Origin: a virus
Lineage: Duplodnaviria; Heunggongvirae; Uroviricota; Caudoviricetes
Direction: 5' to 3' (one strand)
Virus record (IMG/VR): IMGVR_UViG_3300031994_000015
Coordinates: 30,276-94,275 of that record
DNA length: 64,000 nt
Made by a program: the position numbers and the translations under genes. The stretch's first letter is position 1; the number at the start of each line of letters is the position of its first letter. A model generated the notes under the pieces. The model had not been told where the DNA came from. It did no database searches and saw only the letters and a program-made list of their open reading frames with translations. Of the stretch, positions 36,173 to 45,671 are shown one piece after another.

Positions 36173-37342
36173 TTAATCCATAGCACCAAATCCATCTACG
36201 GGTTTACCGTCATCACCATCTAATCCTTTGTCTTGTAATTTAACTTTACCATAAGATGTTCCATTAGCACCAATAACTTCAAATTCACATGTTGTATGCA
36301 TTCCTGAAAGCCAACTACCAGTATGATGTGATAATTCTTTAATTTCAGGCATTTTCTCATCAGATTCTAAATAAGCTTTAGCAGCTAATTTATAAAGACC
36401 ATCAACACCCCAAGATATGCGAGAATAACTACCAAATGATTTTTCTAAAACCTTTTGAACATCATCTTTAATCTTTTCAATTGCATCAGCTAATTTTTTG
36501 GCTTCTTCATCTTTTTTTATTTTTTCTGCAAATATCTTTTCCCATTTCTTATAGTTTTGTTCTGTTGCTTCTAAGTCATCTTCAACTTTATCTAATATTG
36601 CAACAATATCTTTATATAAATCTGATTTTCTAAAGGCCTCGCGCATTTTCTTTATTTTCTTAGAATCCTTTTCATATTCTGCTTCAGCCTTTTTATAAAC
36701 TTTACTTGATTTTTCTTCTCTTCTATTATCATTTTTAGGCTTAGATGTTTGATCCCACATTTCTTGATATTTACCATATACTGAATCTGTTTTCAATATA
36801 TTAAATTTATCATTAAACTTTGGAATATTAACATTATAAGCTTGCGCAATAACACTTAATGCAAGATAAATAGAAAATGTAAATCCTGATGATTCAGACC
36901 AGAATAATGTGACATCTTTATCCCATGAATTTCTTTTTTCGGGTTGACGTGTTTTTGTGAAACTTGCAACTTTTATATCATCTGTTTCTAATGCAATTCT
37001 TGCTTCTTTTGTTGCTTTTTCTACAAAATCAAAGAAATCTTTATTGCCATTTTCGTCTTTTCCATAGAAATTATCAAATGTACAATTTTGGGCATTAAGA
37101 ATAAAGTTATTATGCCCTTTTTTAGAAGTCATTGCTGTTTTAAGTTTATCAACAAGAATTTCGAAATTCTCTGTATTTATCTTAATTACAGATTCTTCAT
37201 ATTCTTTATATTTATTCTTCATTTCATCTTTTGTACTTTTAGGCATGCCAGGATAGAAAAATGGTTTATTCATTGATTGTGGCAAATCTAAATATTTTCC
37301 ATCTTCTTTAGATTCAACTAAAAAATCAATTAAATGTTTCAT
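36173..37342 (-). CDS. putative capsid-internal protein, 389 aa (leader MKHLIDFLVE)
   Basis: shared leader; long helical region. Confidence 0.6.
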   Translation of the reverse strand: MKHLIDFLVESKEDGKYLDLPQSMNKPFFYPGMPKSTKDEMKNKYKEYEESVIKINTENFEILVDKLKTAMTSKKGHNNFILNAQNCTFDNFYGKDENGNKDFFDFVEKATKEARIALETDDIKVASFTKTRQPEKRNSWDKDVTLFWSESSGFTFSIYLALSVIAQAYNVNIPKFNDKFNILKTDSVYGKYQEMWDQTSKPKNDNRREEKSSKVYKKAEAEYEKDSKKIKKMREAFRKSDLYKDIVAILDKVEDDLEATEQNYKKWEKIFAEKIKKDEEAKKLADAIEKIKDDVQKVLEKSFGSYSRISWGVDGLYKLAAKAYLESDEKMPEIKELSHHTGSWLSGMHTTCEFEVIGANGTSYGKVKLQDKGLDGDDGKPVDGFGAMD

Positions 37343-37348
37343 ATTATT

Positions 37349-38026
37349 TTATTCAATCTTTTTATATCTTTGTTCAATATTTCCATTTGCCCTAATACGA
37401 ATACGTTCTTGAACGGCAATATGATTCATACGTTCACCTCTAAAAATAGTTTTGATGGTTATATCTGATTTTCTACCATTTGATTCTATTAACCAAACAG
37501 CCCAAAGATTCATATCTTTAGGCCTTGCCCCACCATATTTTATTTCTCCTTGGTGTTCTTTATCATTATTAAGCCAACATTGACATTCTATAGTCCATGC
37601 ATTTACTGTTTGCTGCTTATATTCAAATGGTGTTAATTTACCATCTAAATCCATTTCAACAATATCATCCCATGCCCATCTGAACATATTAACTATTTCA
37701 TATTGCTTAATAGGTTCTTTACCATCTCCACCCTTTTCAACAGGTCTATCTTTACGAGAATTTGCATGGTCTCCCATCTTTAATTCATCACCATCTTTAG
37801 AAGTCCATATTGTTCTATTACCATGAGATTTATTATGATTGTGAGTTTTATCATAATATTTCTCCTCAGTTATAAGATTATATGATAAGACATTATGATT
37901 ATCTTCCAATATTTGCTTGAATTCATTATCCAATAAATTTAATGAATCTTCATCCAATTGAAAGATAATATTACCTAGTTTATTTTCAAACTTATTACGA
38001 TTTAAATATTCTAAAATTGATTTCAT
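37349..38026 (-). CDS. hypothetical protein (weak leader MKSILE)
   Basis: first gene of minus-strand block. Confidence 0.75.
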   Translation of the reverse strand: MKSILEYLNRNKFENKLGNIIFQLDEDSLNLLDNEFKQILEDNHNVLSYNLITEEKYYDKTHNHNKSHGNRTIWTSKDGDELKMGDHANSRKDRPVEKGGDGKEPIKQYEIVNMFRWAWDDIVEMDLDGKLTPFEYKQQTVNAWTIECQCWLNNDKEHQGEIKYGGARPKDMNLWAVWLIESNGRKSDITIKTIFRGERMNHIAVQERIRIRANGNIEQRYKKIE

Positions 38027-38042
38027 TTTGTATATATACTAA

Positions 38043-38057
38043 CTTATATAAAAATAA
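38043..38057 (-). promoter_or_regulatory. candidate late-type motif TTATTTTTATATAAG
   Basis: similar TTATTTTTA-W3-AA upstream of other minus-strand genes, tmRNA and GT pair. Confidence 0.35.
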
Positions 38058-38076
38058 ATTTTTTCATAAACAATAT

Positions 38077-38104
38077 TTGAAAAACCTAAAATAAATTCTA
38101 TATT
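38077..38104 (+). promoter_or_regulatory. TTGAA-N16-CTATATT promoter motif
   Basis: exact copy. Confidence 0.75.
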
Positions 38105-38134
38105 ATATATGTAAAACAAATAATAAACAAAGAT

Positions 38135-38839
38135 ATGGGAATTAAAGAAAAGCTTGCAAATCAGTATCTCGAATTGAAGAAGCAGTTTGAAGGTCCTGAA
38201 TTTAAGGAGAATCTTTCTACAAATAAGGTTAGTTATCTTGTTAAGGAGTTCAAAAAGGTCGATTTGGAAGACAAGATTCGTGCTATGGAGACAGCAATTG
38301 AAGCTAAAGCACTTCGTCTTAAAAAGAAAGCTTTTTATGCAACTCCAGAAGGTGAGAAGTACAAGAAAGATTTGGAGGAGCGCCGAGAGCTTTTTATTCA
38401 TGTTAGAAAGACCCTTATTAAGGGAGTTGAAGGTTTTGTGCAGAATTTCTTGAATGAATATATTGGCGAAGGTTGGGGATGCCAGTTTAGTCATGGTTGG
38501 AATAGAGCTCACCTTAGTGTTGGCCTAAAAGCTTTTACTCCTGAGAGAATTGAGAAGGGATATTTCTTTGAGTTTGGCCATGAGTTTGAAATCACCTGGG
38601 ATAAAGAAGATTTTGGTCATGGAGAACTTCAGATGAACTATGGAACTCTTGGTGGTTTTGACCTTGAGAATGGTGAAGGTCGATTGAAGTATCTTCGTGG
38701 AATGGCAGAATTTGCCGATAATAAGGGATGGATTAACAAACTTAAAGAAAGGTTTGTCGATGCTAATGCTAAACTTATGGAGATTAATCGAAATATTGAT
38801 GAAGTAGATGATAAGTTGAAAAATCCAAAAATTGACTAA
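38135..38839 (+). CDS. hypothetical protein
   Basis: 234 aa ORF between promoter and terminator. Confidence 0.85.
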   Translation: MGIKEKLANQYLELKKQFEGPEFKENLSTNKVSYLVKEFKKVDLEDKIRAMETAIEAKALRLKKKAFYATPEGEKYKKDLEERRELFIHVRKTLIKGVEGFVQNFLNEYIGEGWGCQFSHGWNRAHLSVGLKAFTPERIEKGYFFEFGHEFEITWDKEDFGHGELQMNYGTLGGFDLENGEGRLKYLRGMAEFADNKGWINKLKERFVDANAKLMEINRNIDEVDDKLKNPKID

Positions 38840-38850
38840 TAATTTTATTC

Positions 38851-38881
38851 AAATGGCTAGTTTGAAAAAAACTAGCTATTT
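38851..38881 (+). terminator. intrinsic terminator
   Basis: ATGGCTAGTTT/AAACTAGCTAT stem plus T run. Confidence 0.75.
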
Positions 38882-38894
38882 TTGTATATTATAT

Positions 38895-38922
38895 TTGAAT
38901 TTTTTTAATAATATTCTATATT
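38895..38922 (+). promoter_or_regulatory. TTGAA-N16-CTATATT promoter motif
   Basis: exact copy. Confidence 0.75.
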
Positions 38923-38947
38923 TATATTGTAATTAAATATCGATAAT

Positions 38948-39304
38948 ATGAATATAACATTTCAGATCCAGATTAAAACCCTCAATTGGGAAGGTGGTTC
39001 TCCTACAATCACAAAGGAAATTTCTTTGAATGACCTTACTAAGTTTTCAAATCTTGCCACAATGATTAACGAGAATTCTGGTAAGCAGACATGGAATTGG
39101 TTTGGTAAAGGAAAAGGTCTTCCTACTACTTGGGATGGACATCATTATGTTCTTGATACTTGGAGACTTTGCAACCACATGAATGAGCATTTTGGATATA
39201 AAGTAGAAGATGTTAATCTTGTTAAGGAGTTTTTCCTTCGCTTTACACCTCATGGTTGTGATGGTATTGAGTGGATTAAGTTCTTTAAGGTTGAGGAAAT
39301 CTAA
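38948..39304 (+). CDS. hypothetical protein
   Basis: ORF after promoter. Confidence 0.75.
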   Translation: MNITFQIQIKTLNWEGGSPTITKEISLNDLTKFSNLATMINENSGKQTWNWFGKGKGLPTTWDGHHYVLDTWRLCNHMNEHFGYKVEDVNLVKEFFLRFTPHGCDGIEWIKFFKVEEI

Positions 39305-39316
39305 TTTAAGTCAATT

Positions 39317-39550
39317 ATGATTACATTAGAAAAACTTCAGGAAGTATTTGAAAGTAAAAATTCGTTTTACTCCAAAATTGATGGAAACAAAGTATCACTT
39401 TTGATTCTTAAATATCCTTATACCAATTTTCAAATTACCGTAGTTTCGAAATCAAATTCAAATTATATTAAGGATTTTTATGGAAGCTTAAACCCATTTG
39501 ATACATTCAATATGATTCGTGAACTTCTTTCACCAATAAATGATAAGTAA
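39317..39550 (+). CDS. hypothetical protein
   Basis: ORF track. Confidence 0.7.
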   Translation: MITLEKLQEVFESKNSFYSKIDGNKVSLLILKYPYTNFQITVVSKSNSNYIKDFYGSLNPFDTFNMIRELLSPINDK

Positions 39551-39958
39551 ATGAAAAAGATAGAAATTTTTTGGTTGGTAATATTTTTTACAATAATATC
39601 AGTTTTAGTAAGTTATCCAATTATTACTCCAAATGATGTTCTTGTTAAAGAAGATACTGAATATCTTTATTATAAAGAGTATAGGTGGTGGGGTATGGAT
39701 TCTTGTACTTATAAATACCATAAACCAATTTATTCTACAGGTAAAATAATTGATGTAGATGAATGGAGACATGTTGTTGGAGTAGCTGGTAAAGGTGGCC
39801 ATTGGGAGACAAAAACAACCATCACAATATCATTTGATGGGAAAACTTACAAAGATTCATACAATGAGTGGTTTTGCTCTCATAAGTATCATATTGGTGA
39901 TAAAGTAAAAGTAATTGAAGTTTTTTATCCTCAACATTATATTGAATATCATAAATGA
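39551..39958 (+). CDS. membrane-anchored hypothetical protein
   Basis: N-terminal TM segment. Confidence 0.7.
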   Translation: MKKIEIFWLVIFFTIISVLVSYPIITPNDVLVKEDTEYLYYKEYRWWGMDSCTYKYHKPIYSTGKIIDVDEWRHVVGVAGKGGHWETKTTITISFDGKTYKDSYNEWFCSHKYHIGDKVKVIEVFYPQHYIEYHK

Positions 39959-40206
39959 AACAAAGAATAGTTAATAAAAAACTTAAAAGAGATGTTGAAT
40001 TAAAACTTTGGGTAAATCAATGGATTAATTCAGTCAAAATAATGAAGGCTACTGTTGATCATCTTTCTGAAGATGATTTAGCAAGAATAAGATTTAGCTT
40101 AGCTACTTCATTGGCCAATTATGAAATTTCTCAGCTATATAAAATTGCTGTAAGAAAATATAATATTAAATATCGTCAAGTTTGGAATTGGTATGGATTA
40201 TGTTAA
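39955..40206 (+). CDS. hypothetical protein
   Basis: ATGA overlap. Confidence 0.7.
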   Translation: MKQRIVNKKLKRDVELKLWVNQWINSVKIMKATVDHLSEDDLARIRFSLATSLANYEISQLYKIAVRKYNIKYRQVWNWYGLC

Positions 40207-40442
40207 TAAGTAGAAAACCATATTGTAATAATTGCCAAAATCGTGGGTCTGCTTATGGGCCAACCGATTATACTTGGTACCCATGTAGTAAAGGTGAAGA
40301 AATTGATAAAGCAAGACCTGGTATAATGCATAAATGCGATGGACTGTTTATGGTAGGAGAAAAATGGAGATGTCCAGATAAAAGATTTTTTAATCCAATA
40401 TATACTAAAGAACAGCAATTAAAATATAATAATCATAAGTAA
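40200..40442 (+). CDS. Cys-rich hypothetical protein
   Basis: CNNC..C..C..C. Confidence 0.65.
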   Translation: MLISRKPYCNNCQNRGSAYGPTDYTWYPCSKGEEIDKARPGIMHKCDGLFMVGEKWRCPDKRFFNPIYTKEQQLKYNNHK

Positions 40443-40443
40443 T

Positions 40444-40749
40444 ATGTCGGTAAAACCTATTAAACCACAAGAAATTGAGCAGGCAATTCCTGATTTTGTA
40501 ATTGAAGGAGCTAATGAGTGCATTCAGGCACATTATAAAGCTTTGGATAAAACATCTCATTTTACACAAAATGAATTGATTAAGTATGTATTGCATTTTG
40601 CCCCTGAAGGAGTTACGAGAAATCAATTGTTCAAGAATAGTTGGTTAGATATTGAACCTATTTATAGAAAACAAGGTTGGGAAGTGGAATACGATAAGCC
40701 TGGATATTGTGAAACATACGAAGCTAATTTTACATTTACTCATAAGTAA
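40444..40749 (+). CDS. phage hypothetical protein
   Basis: YRKQGWEVEYDKPGY pattern. Confidence 0.75.
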   Translation: MSVKPIKPQEIEQAIPDFVIEGANECIQAHYKALDKTSHFTQNELIKYVLHFAPEGVTRNQLFKNSWLDIEPIYRKQGWEVEYDKPGYCETYEANFTFTHK

Positions 40750-40770
40750 TTGGATTAAATTTTAATTAAT

Positions 40771-41142
40771 ATGGTTGTAAAATATAAAGTAGAAGGAGAA
40801 ATTGAGATTGACCTCAATAAATACCAAATTGAGGAATTTCAATCTATGCATTCAGAAACAGCTAAGAAAGCATATCTTGAGAAATTATTTCAAGAACAAC
40901 TTCATTGGGCAGCTGAAACTCTTGAATGTGAATTAGATCGTAAAATTAATTTTGATAATCTTTATATTGCTAGGGATTGGGATAAATATGCAGGAAATAT
41001 GAAGGCAAAAAATGAACAATATGGTAGCCCTCTTGCAATAACTCTTGATAATTTTCCAACTACTAATGAAGAAGTAGTGGATAATGCTATGAAAGAAATT
41101 GGAGAACGTAAACAAAGACATTCAAAGAAATGGACAAAATAA
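40771..41142 (+). CDS. hypothetical protein
   Basis: ORF track. Confidence 0.7.
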   Translation: MVVKYKVEGEIEIDLNKYQIEEFQSMHSETAKKAYLEKLFQEQLHWAAETLECELDRKINFDNLYIARDWDKYAGNMKAKNEQYGSPLAITLDNFPTTNEEVVDNAMKEIGERKQRHSKKWTK

Positions 41143-41279
41143 CTGATGCTCAAATTATTCACACACTTAATTTATATTTGGATTTGAAACAAAATCATCC
41201 ACTAAAATTTAACTCATTGAATTTGGATGATTTAGTATTATATATCCAACAAAATTGGGATAAATAATTTTAATAATAT

Positions 41280-41307
41280 TTGAAAAATTCTCTTTTATTT
41301 CTATATT
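41280..41307 (+). promoter_or_regulatory. TTGAA-N16-CTATATT promoter motif
   Basis: exact copy. Confidence 0.75.
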
Positions 41308-41331
41308 ATATATGTAAAACAAATAATAGAA

Positions 41332-41535
41332 ATGAAAGAGAATATTTTTTATACCATACTTGGAATCGTAATGATTATCCTCATAATATTTGCAGTTTTG
41401 GTATGGGTTGGAATGTTAATTGTCTTTGTTGTAGATGATTATGGTAAAAATCCAAATTTACTATTTATTGATATTCCGATGATTATTCTGGTTCATTGGT
41501 TTGGTTATATGGTAATTAAGCATACACGTATATAA
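41332..41535 (+). CDS. small membrane protein
   Basis: two TM segments. Confidence 0.75.
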   Translation: MKENIFYTILGIVMIILIIFAVLVWVGMLIVFVVDDYGKNPNLLFIDIPMIILVHWFGYMVIKHTRI

Positions 41536-41536
41536 T

Positions 41537-41698
41537 ATGACACCAAGAGAGAAATTTATTGACATTATCAAGACGATGATTGATTACAATATGCTTAAAG
41601 TATCTGACTTGGATAACCCAAGCTATGTAATTGAAAGAGTTCAGATGTATCTCGAAGCTAAAAAATTTGTGATGGATAATTTTAAAGGAATGTTTTAA
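41537..41698 (+). CDS. small hypothetical protein (53 aa)
   Basis: manually translated; fills gap exactly. Confidence 0.65.
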   Translation: MTPREKFIDIIKTMIDYNMLKVSDLDNPSYVIERVQMYLEAKKFVMDNFKGMF

Positions 41699-41699
41699 T

Positions 41700-42077
41700 A
41701 TGGATAGGATTTTAAGTTATTTGCCTGAAAATGTACATGTTCGATTCGGTTGGGATAGTGAGCCTTGGTGTGGAAGGCATTCATCTGGCCATATAACATA
41801 TAAAGTTATTGAAATTCCTAAGATTTGGTTGAAACATGGTGAACGTGGACGTTATGATGAATGGTCTATTAAAGAAACATATAAAAAGAAATTAGCTAAA
41901 GAATTTGGTGATGAATACCTCCATAAGACAGAACGACTTGAAGTTCTTGAATGGAATCAATTAGAATCTGTTTGCTACATTCTTAAAAAGGCAGATAAAA
42001 TTGGTTTTGATCTGATTGATAGAATTTCTCAAGTCAATGACACAGATCTAAAATATCTGAATACTTATGCAATATGA
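41700..42077 (+). CDS. hypothetical protein
   Basis: ORF track. Confidence 0.7.
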   Translation: MDRILSYLPENVHVRFGWDSEPWCGRHSSGHITYKVIEIPKIWLKHGERGRYDEWSIKETYKKKLAKEFGDEYLHKTERLEVLEWNQLESVCYILKKADKIGFDLIDRISQVNDTDLKYLNTYAI

Positions 42078-42232
42078 CTTATAGATGGGGATCAGAACAT
42101 AATACTATATTAGAAGAATATAAATGCAAATATGCCGCTTGTCCATTTTGTAATTGGGGAGTTTGCACAGGTGATAAAGAAATAGCTATAAAAAATAATT
42201 TTTGTTATAAAGAAAAATATGGAACATTATAA
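42074..42232 (+). CDS. small Cys-rich protein (52 aa)
   Basis: manually translated; ATGA overlap. Confidence 0.55.
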   Translation: MTYRWGSEHNTILEEYKCKYAACPFCNWGVCTGDKEIAIKNNFCYKEKYGTL

Positions 42233-42512
42233 AATTGTTAAAGTTTCTTATGTTGGAATAGATCTTCGTGGAGATATTGATACAACTAGTAAATTTAAAT
42301 GCTATCATAGAGAAAGTTTTTTAGGATTTCATTGGTGGGAACCTATGAAGACAGTTGAAATGCCTTATGCTAATTCTACTATTATAAGTGATAAGGAAGC
42401 TACATTTGTTCATCTGGAAAATGCCGAGAAATTCATTTATAAATATCATGAATTTAGGCATAAAGTTGGAAAATATACTTGTGAAGTAATTGAAAATATT
42501 GACCTTAGATAA
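42219..42512 (+). CDS. hypothetical protein
   Basis: ORF track. Confidence 0.7.
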   Translation: MEHYKIVKVSYVGIDLRGDIDTTSKFKCYHRESFLGFHWWEPMKTVEMPYANSTIISDKEATFVHLENAEKFIYKYHEFRHKVGKYTCEVIENIDLR

Positions 42513-42536
42513 AAATCCATAATTTCTAAATACTAT

Positions 42537-42564
42537 TTGAATTTTTCAAAATAATTTCTATATT
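42537..42564 (+). promoter_or_regulatory. TTGAA-N16-CTATATT promoter motif
   Basis: exact copy. Confidence 0.75.
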
Positions 42565-42584
42565 ATATTTGTAAAATAAATAAT

Positions 42585-42725
42585 ATGAGAACTAAGAAAT
42601 CTGTTTGGTATGAAGTTATTTATACAGAAGGTGGTTATCAGCACCAGGTATTAAGCCGTGGTAAAAGAGAAGCCAGAGAACTTCATAAGTCACATCCAGG
42701 TTCTACATTTAAAGTTATTAAGTAA
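42585..42725 (+). CDS. small hypothetical protein (46 aa)
   Basis: manually translated; first ORF after promoter. Confidence 0.6.
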   Translation: MRTKKSVWYEVIYTEGGYQHQVLSRGKREARELHKSHPGSTFKVIK

Positions 42726-42726
42726 T

Positions 42727-42963
42727 ATGAGTAAGTGGAAAATCATTAAAGGTACTTATCTTAAGCAAGATGATAAGATTGATGAGATGACATACAATAC
42801 TGTTCGATTAGGCGATACTTTATATTATTGCTATCGCAGGCATTGGTTTTTCTTTTGGAAGTTAGAGCGAATTTTAAATCAGCAAAATTATGATAGACTT
42901 TGTGAAAATGTAAAGTTTGATCAACATAATGTTCGTGAATTATATAACCACGTTAATTTCTAA
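42727..42963 (+). CDS. hypothetical protein
   Basis: ATG 42727 in track frame. Confidence 0.7.
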   Translation: MSKWKIIKGTYLKQDDKIDEMTYNTVRLGDTLYYCYRRHWFFFWKLERILNQQNYDRLCENVKFDQHNVRELYNHVNF

Positions 42964-42968
42964 ATAAT

Positions 42969-44327
42969 ATGGCAAAGGAAACATTACACATGAAGGTAGG
43001 AGAAAATCTTGGAGCAGTAATGCTTGAGATTTGCCAGACCAATATTTCAAAAGGAGATATCCGGAAGGGCTTGGATGTATATCTTAAGGGCCTTCATGGT
43101 TTCACTATGGAATATGTCCTCATGTTGTTGAAGAATCAGGCAGTTCTTGTTACAGACGAAGACGGTGAAGGAGTTAATCTAACTGATGATCCTGAGGTTT
43201 TATCAATGAACACTCATAATATTCTAAATTGGGAGTGGATTATCAGTCAGAAGATTGCAACTATGCAGAGAATTCGTGAGTCATTAGTACTTACTGAGCA
43301 GGAATTCAGGAAGTTCTATAACGGAGATATTGAAGATTATAGTATCATTGAGATGATGCTTCGATATTTTACAAGTGATCAGCTTAAGCAGATTGGTTTG
43401 CATACAATTGCCGCTCGTATCCTTGGTTCTTTTGATGGTAAGATTTGTGATAAGGGTAATTCCAATCCTACATCAATTTGGGAAAGAGTTGAAGATAAGA
43501 TTGAGTATGGAAGAGATGAAGATGGAAATTATTCAGATGATATCTCCAAGTATGAATTAGTTCTCTATTTTACCGTTAAGTATAATAAGCTTATAAAGAT
43601 GCTCCATAAGGAATATATGAGTTTTGAGAACTTGTATTTCTTTCTTACGGAAAATGGTTTTATTGAAAGACCAAATATGATTGAGCTTATGCTTGAGAAT
43701 ACTATAGCAACTCTTATGGAATTCACAGATACTGGCAAAGGTTATTATCATCCTCTTTGCAATGAAGGTCTTTATAGATATAAGGAGCAGTTGCATGATG
43801 ATCTTCTTAAGACCAAGATTGGTAATGAGTATGCTAAGAATGGAATTATTGAGAAGAACATTATGGATGGATATGATGCCGGTTGGCTTTCTCCTGACGG
43901 TGAGTTCTATGGTGCAAATGGTGAAACTTCTGCTTTAATCCACATGAATCTTGCTGAGCAGATTTTCAATGCTCCAACAAATAAGTACGCAGTACGAATG
44001 ATGAATGATGGAGTAAGTATTTTTGGTAGTGGAGATCAGCCGGATTATTGGTTAGAGAAGAATGGTTGGATTAAGATTCATCACAATGAGATTTATGGTA
44101 GTTTCATTGGTGAGAGAGATCCAGAAAAGCGTACTAAGGATTTTCCATACCCATATTGTCCTACTGAAATTCAGATTAAGATGATTTGTGATTATGCAGA
44201 TAAGTTTTATGGAGGCAAGTTCCTTACTGAGGCTAGTTGCATAGGTTGGAAGAAGGATCCAGAAGTAACTACTTACAAGGTTCGTCAGATGGATGAATTC
44301 AAGTTGCACGAAACATTTGGTAGATAA
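42969..44327 (+). CDS. large hypothetical protein (452 aa)
   Basis: GWLSPDGEFY...H, LEKNGWIKI motifs. Confidence 0.85.
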   Translation: MAKETLHMKVGENLGAVMLEICQTNISKGDIRKGLDVYLKGLHGFTMEYVLMLLKNQAVLVTDEDGEGVNLTDDPEVLSMNTHNILNWEWIISQKIATMQRIRESLVLTEQEFRKFYNGDIEDYSIIEMMLRYFTSDQLKQIGLHTIAARILGSFDGKICDKGNSNPTSIWERVEDKIEYGRDEDGNYSDDISKYELVLYFTVKYNKLIKMLHKEYMSFENLYFFLTENGFIERPNMIELMLENTIATLMEFTDTGKGYYHPLCNEGLYRYKEQLHDDLLKTKIGNEYAKNGIIEKNIMDGYDAGWLSPDGEFYGANGETSALIHMNLAEQIFNAPTNKYAVRMMNDGVSIFGSGDQPDYWLEKNGWIKIHHNEIYGSFIGERDPEKRTKDFPYPYCPTEIQIKMICDYADKFYGGKFLTEASCIGWKKDPEVTTYKVRQMDEFKLHETFGR

Positions 44328-44608
44328 TGGAATATGATAAGAAACATTGGACACCAGAAGGATTTACTACTGATGGTTCAAGGACATATAAAGCAAAAAA
44401 GAGTTTTGATACAGAATTAAGAGCTCAACAAGAATGTTTTAAGTTAAATTTAAAACCAGAAACAATTCACAAGTTAGTTGCTTATAAATGTCCGATATGT
44501 AATAAATGGCATATAGGTCACCATAATAGCAAATCTTTAGGTGATAAAGATAAAGCTAAAATTCAGAAACAATATAATGAATGGAAAATAATTCATGGTT
44601 TAAAATAA
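44327..44608 (+). CDS. zinc-finger-like protein
   Basis: YKCPICNKWHIGH. Confidence 0.7.
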   Translation: MEYDKKHWTPEGFTTDGSRTYKAKKSFDTELRAQQECFKLNLKPETIHKLVAYKCPICNKWHIGHHNSKSLGDKDKAKIQKQYNEWKIIHGLK

Positions 44609-44614
44609 ATAATT

Positions 44615-44968
44615 ATGGCACGATATAAATTATCAAACGCATTGCGTGAATCAGATCCAATAGAAGCTAAGAATGATGAGGAAGCTTGGAATAAACTTCG
44701 TCAAAATTTCATTTGGAATCATAATTTAGATGGCACCCAATCAGGATGTTATATTTGGATGTTTAAAGAATTTGAAACTATAATTGATGTCAATAATGAG
44801 GAAGAATATGTAGATTTGTATAATAAAAAATATGGTCCTCGTCCTATTGGTTATGGTCCTGAAGATGCCGAACTTATGGTTGTTGGAGAACCTTATAAAA
44901 TCACTTATTGGAAGCCTGTTCTTGTAGGTTGTACCCATCATCCTTATAATGTAACTAAAAAGAAATAA
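44615..44968 (+). CDS. hypothetical protein
   Basis: ORF track. Confidence 0.7.
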   Translation: MARYKLSNALRESDPIEAKNDEEAWNKLRQNFIWNHNLDGTQSGCYIWMFKEFETIIDVNNEEEYVDLYNKKYGPRPIGYGPEDAELMVVGEPYKITYWKPVLVGCTHHPYNVTKKK

Positions 44969-44969
44969 T

Positions 44970-45257
44970 ATGGATTATTCAATTTTCCCTTATTGGATGG
45001 GTATTTCAAATTTTGGAGAACTTATATGTGCAATGATTTGTATGATGCTTTTGTTCTTCATATATTGTCTATTTGGTTATGCATTTTGCCCAAATTCTCT
45101 TAAAGTTCAGTGGATTAGAGTATTATATATTCTATTTTGGCCTTTGGGTATTGCGTTTGATATTATAACATTTCCATTCTATATGCTTTATGAATTTTCA
45201 AAACCACCAGAACAAATAGAAAAAGAATGGAATGAATTTATAAAAGAAGCAAAGTGA
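44970..45257 (+). CDS. membrane protein
   Basis: hydrophobic segments, LFWPL. Confidence 0.7.
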   Translation: MDYSIFPYWMGISNFGELICAMICMMLLFFIYCLFGYAFCPNSLKVQWIRVLYILFWPLGIAFDIITFPFYMLYEFSKPPEQIEKEWNEFIKEAK

Positions 45258-45434
45258 TATGATTCCTTGTTATTGTATTAAAGAAAATAAAGAAGATGGT
45301 TTTACATTAGGTGAAGAATGTTACTACCATATAGGTTGGCATAATCATCGATATGTCTACCATCATATGGCTAAGTATGCCGATGGTATGTATACTAAAA
45401 GAGAATTTGAAAAATATTTTAAAGAAGGATATAA

Positions 45435-45671
45435 ATGAAAGAATATCCACATAATATAGTATTACGAATAGGAGATGGACAATCACCATCAGGAAAAATT
45501 ATTGATAGAGGTACTCATTGGTATAATTTGAATTCTTATAAAGAAGCACTCCAAGATGCTAAAGATAGACATAGGATTATCTATATTTCTATAAATAATA
45601 AAAAATATCAACAACTAACTCCTGAACAATTGATTAAATTTGCAAAAGAAAAATTAAATCATGAAAACTGA
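45435..45671 (+). CDS. hypothetical protein
   Basis: ORF track. Confidence 0.7.
   Translation: MKEYPHNIVLRIGDGQSPSGKIIDRGTHWYNLNSYKEALQDAKDRHRIIYISINNKKYQQLTPEQLIKFAKEKLNHEN

Noticed and set aside
38039-38512. Minus-strand 157-aa ORF extending the leader-array block
   Set aside because: Antisense to the + strand gene 38135..38839 and overlapping its promoter; lacks the leader.
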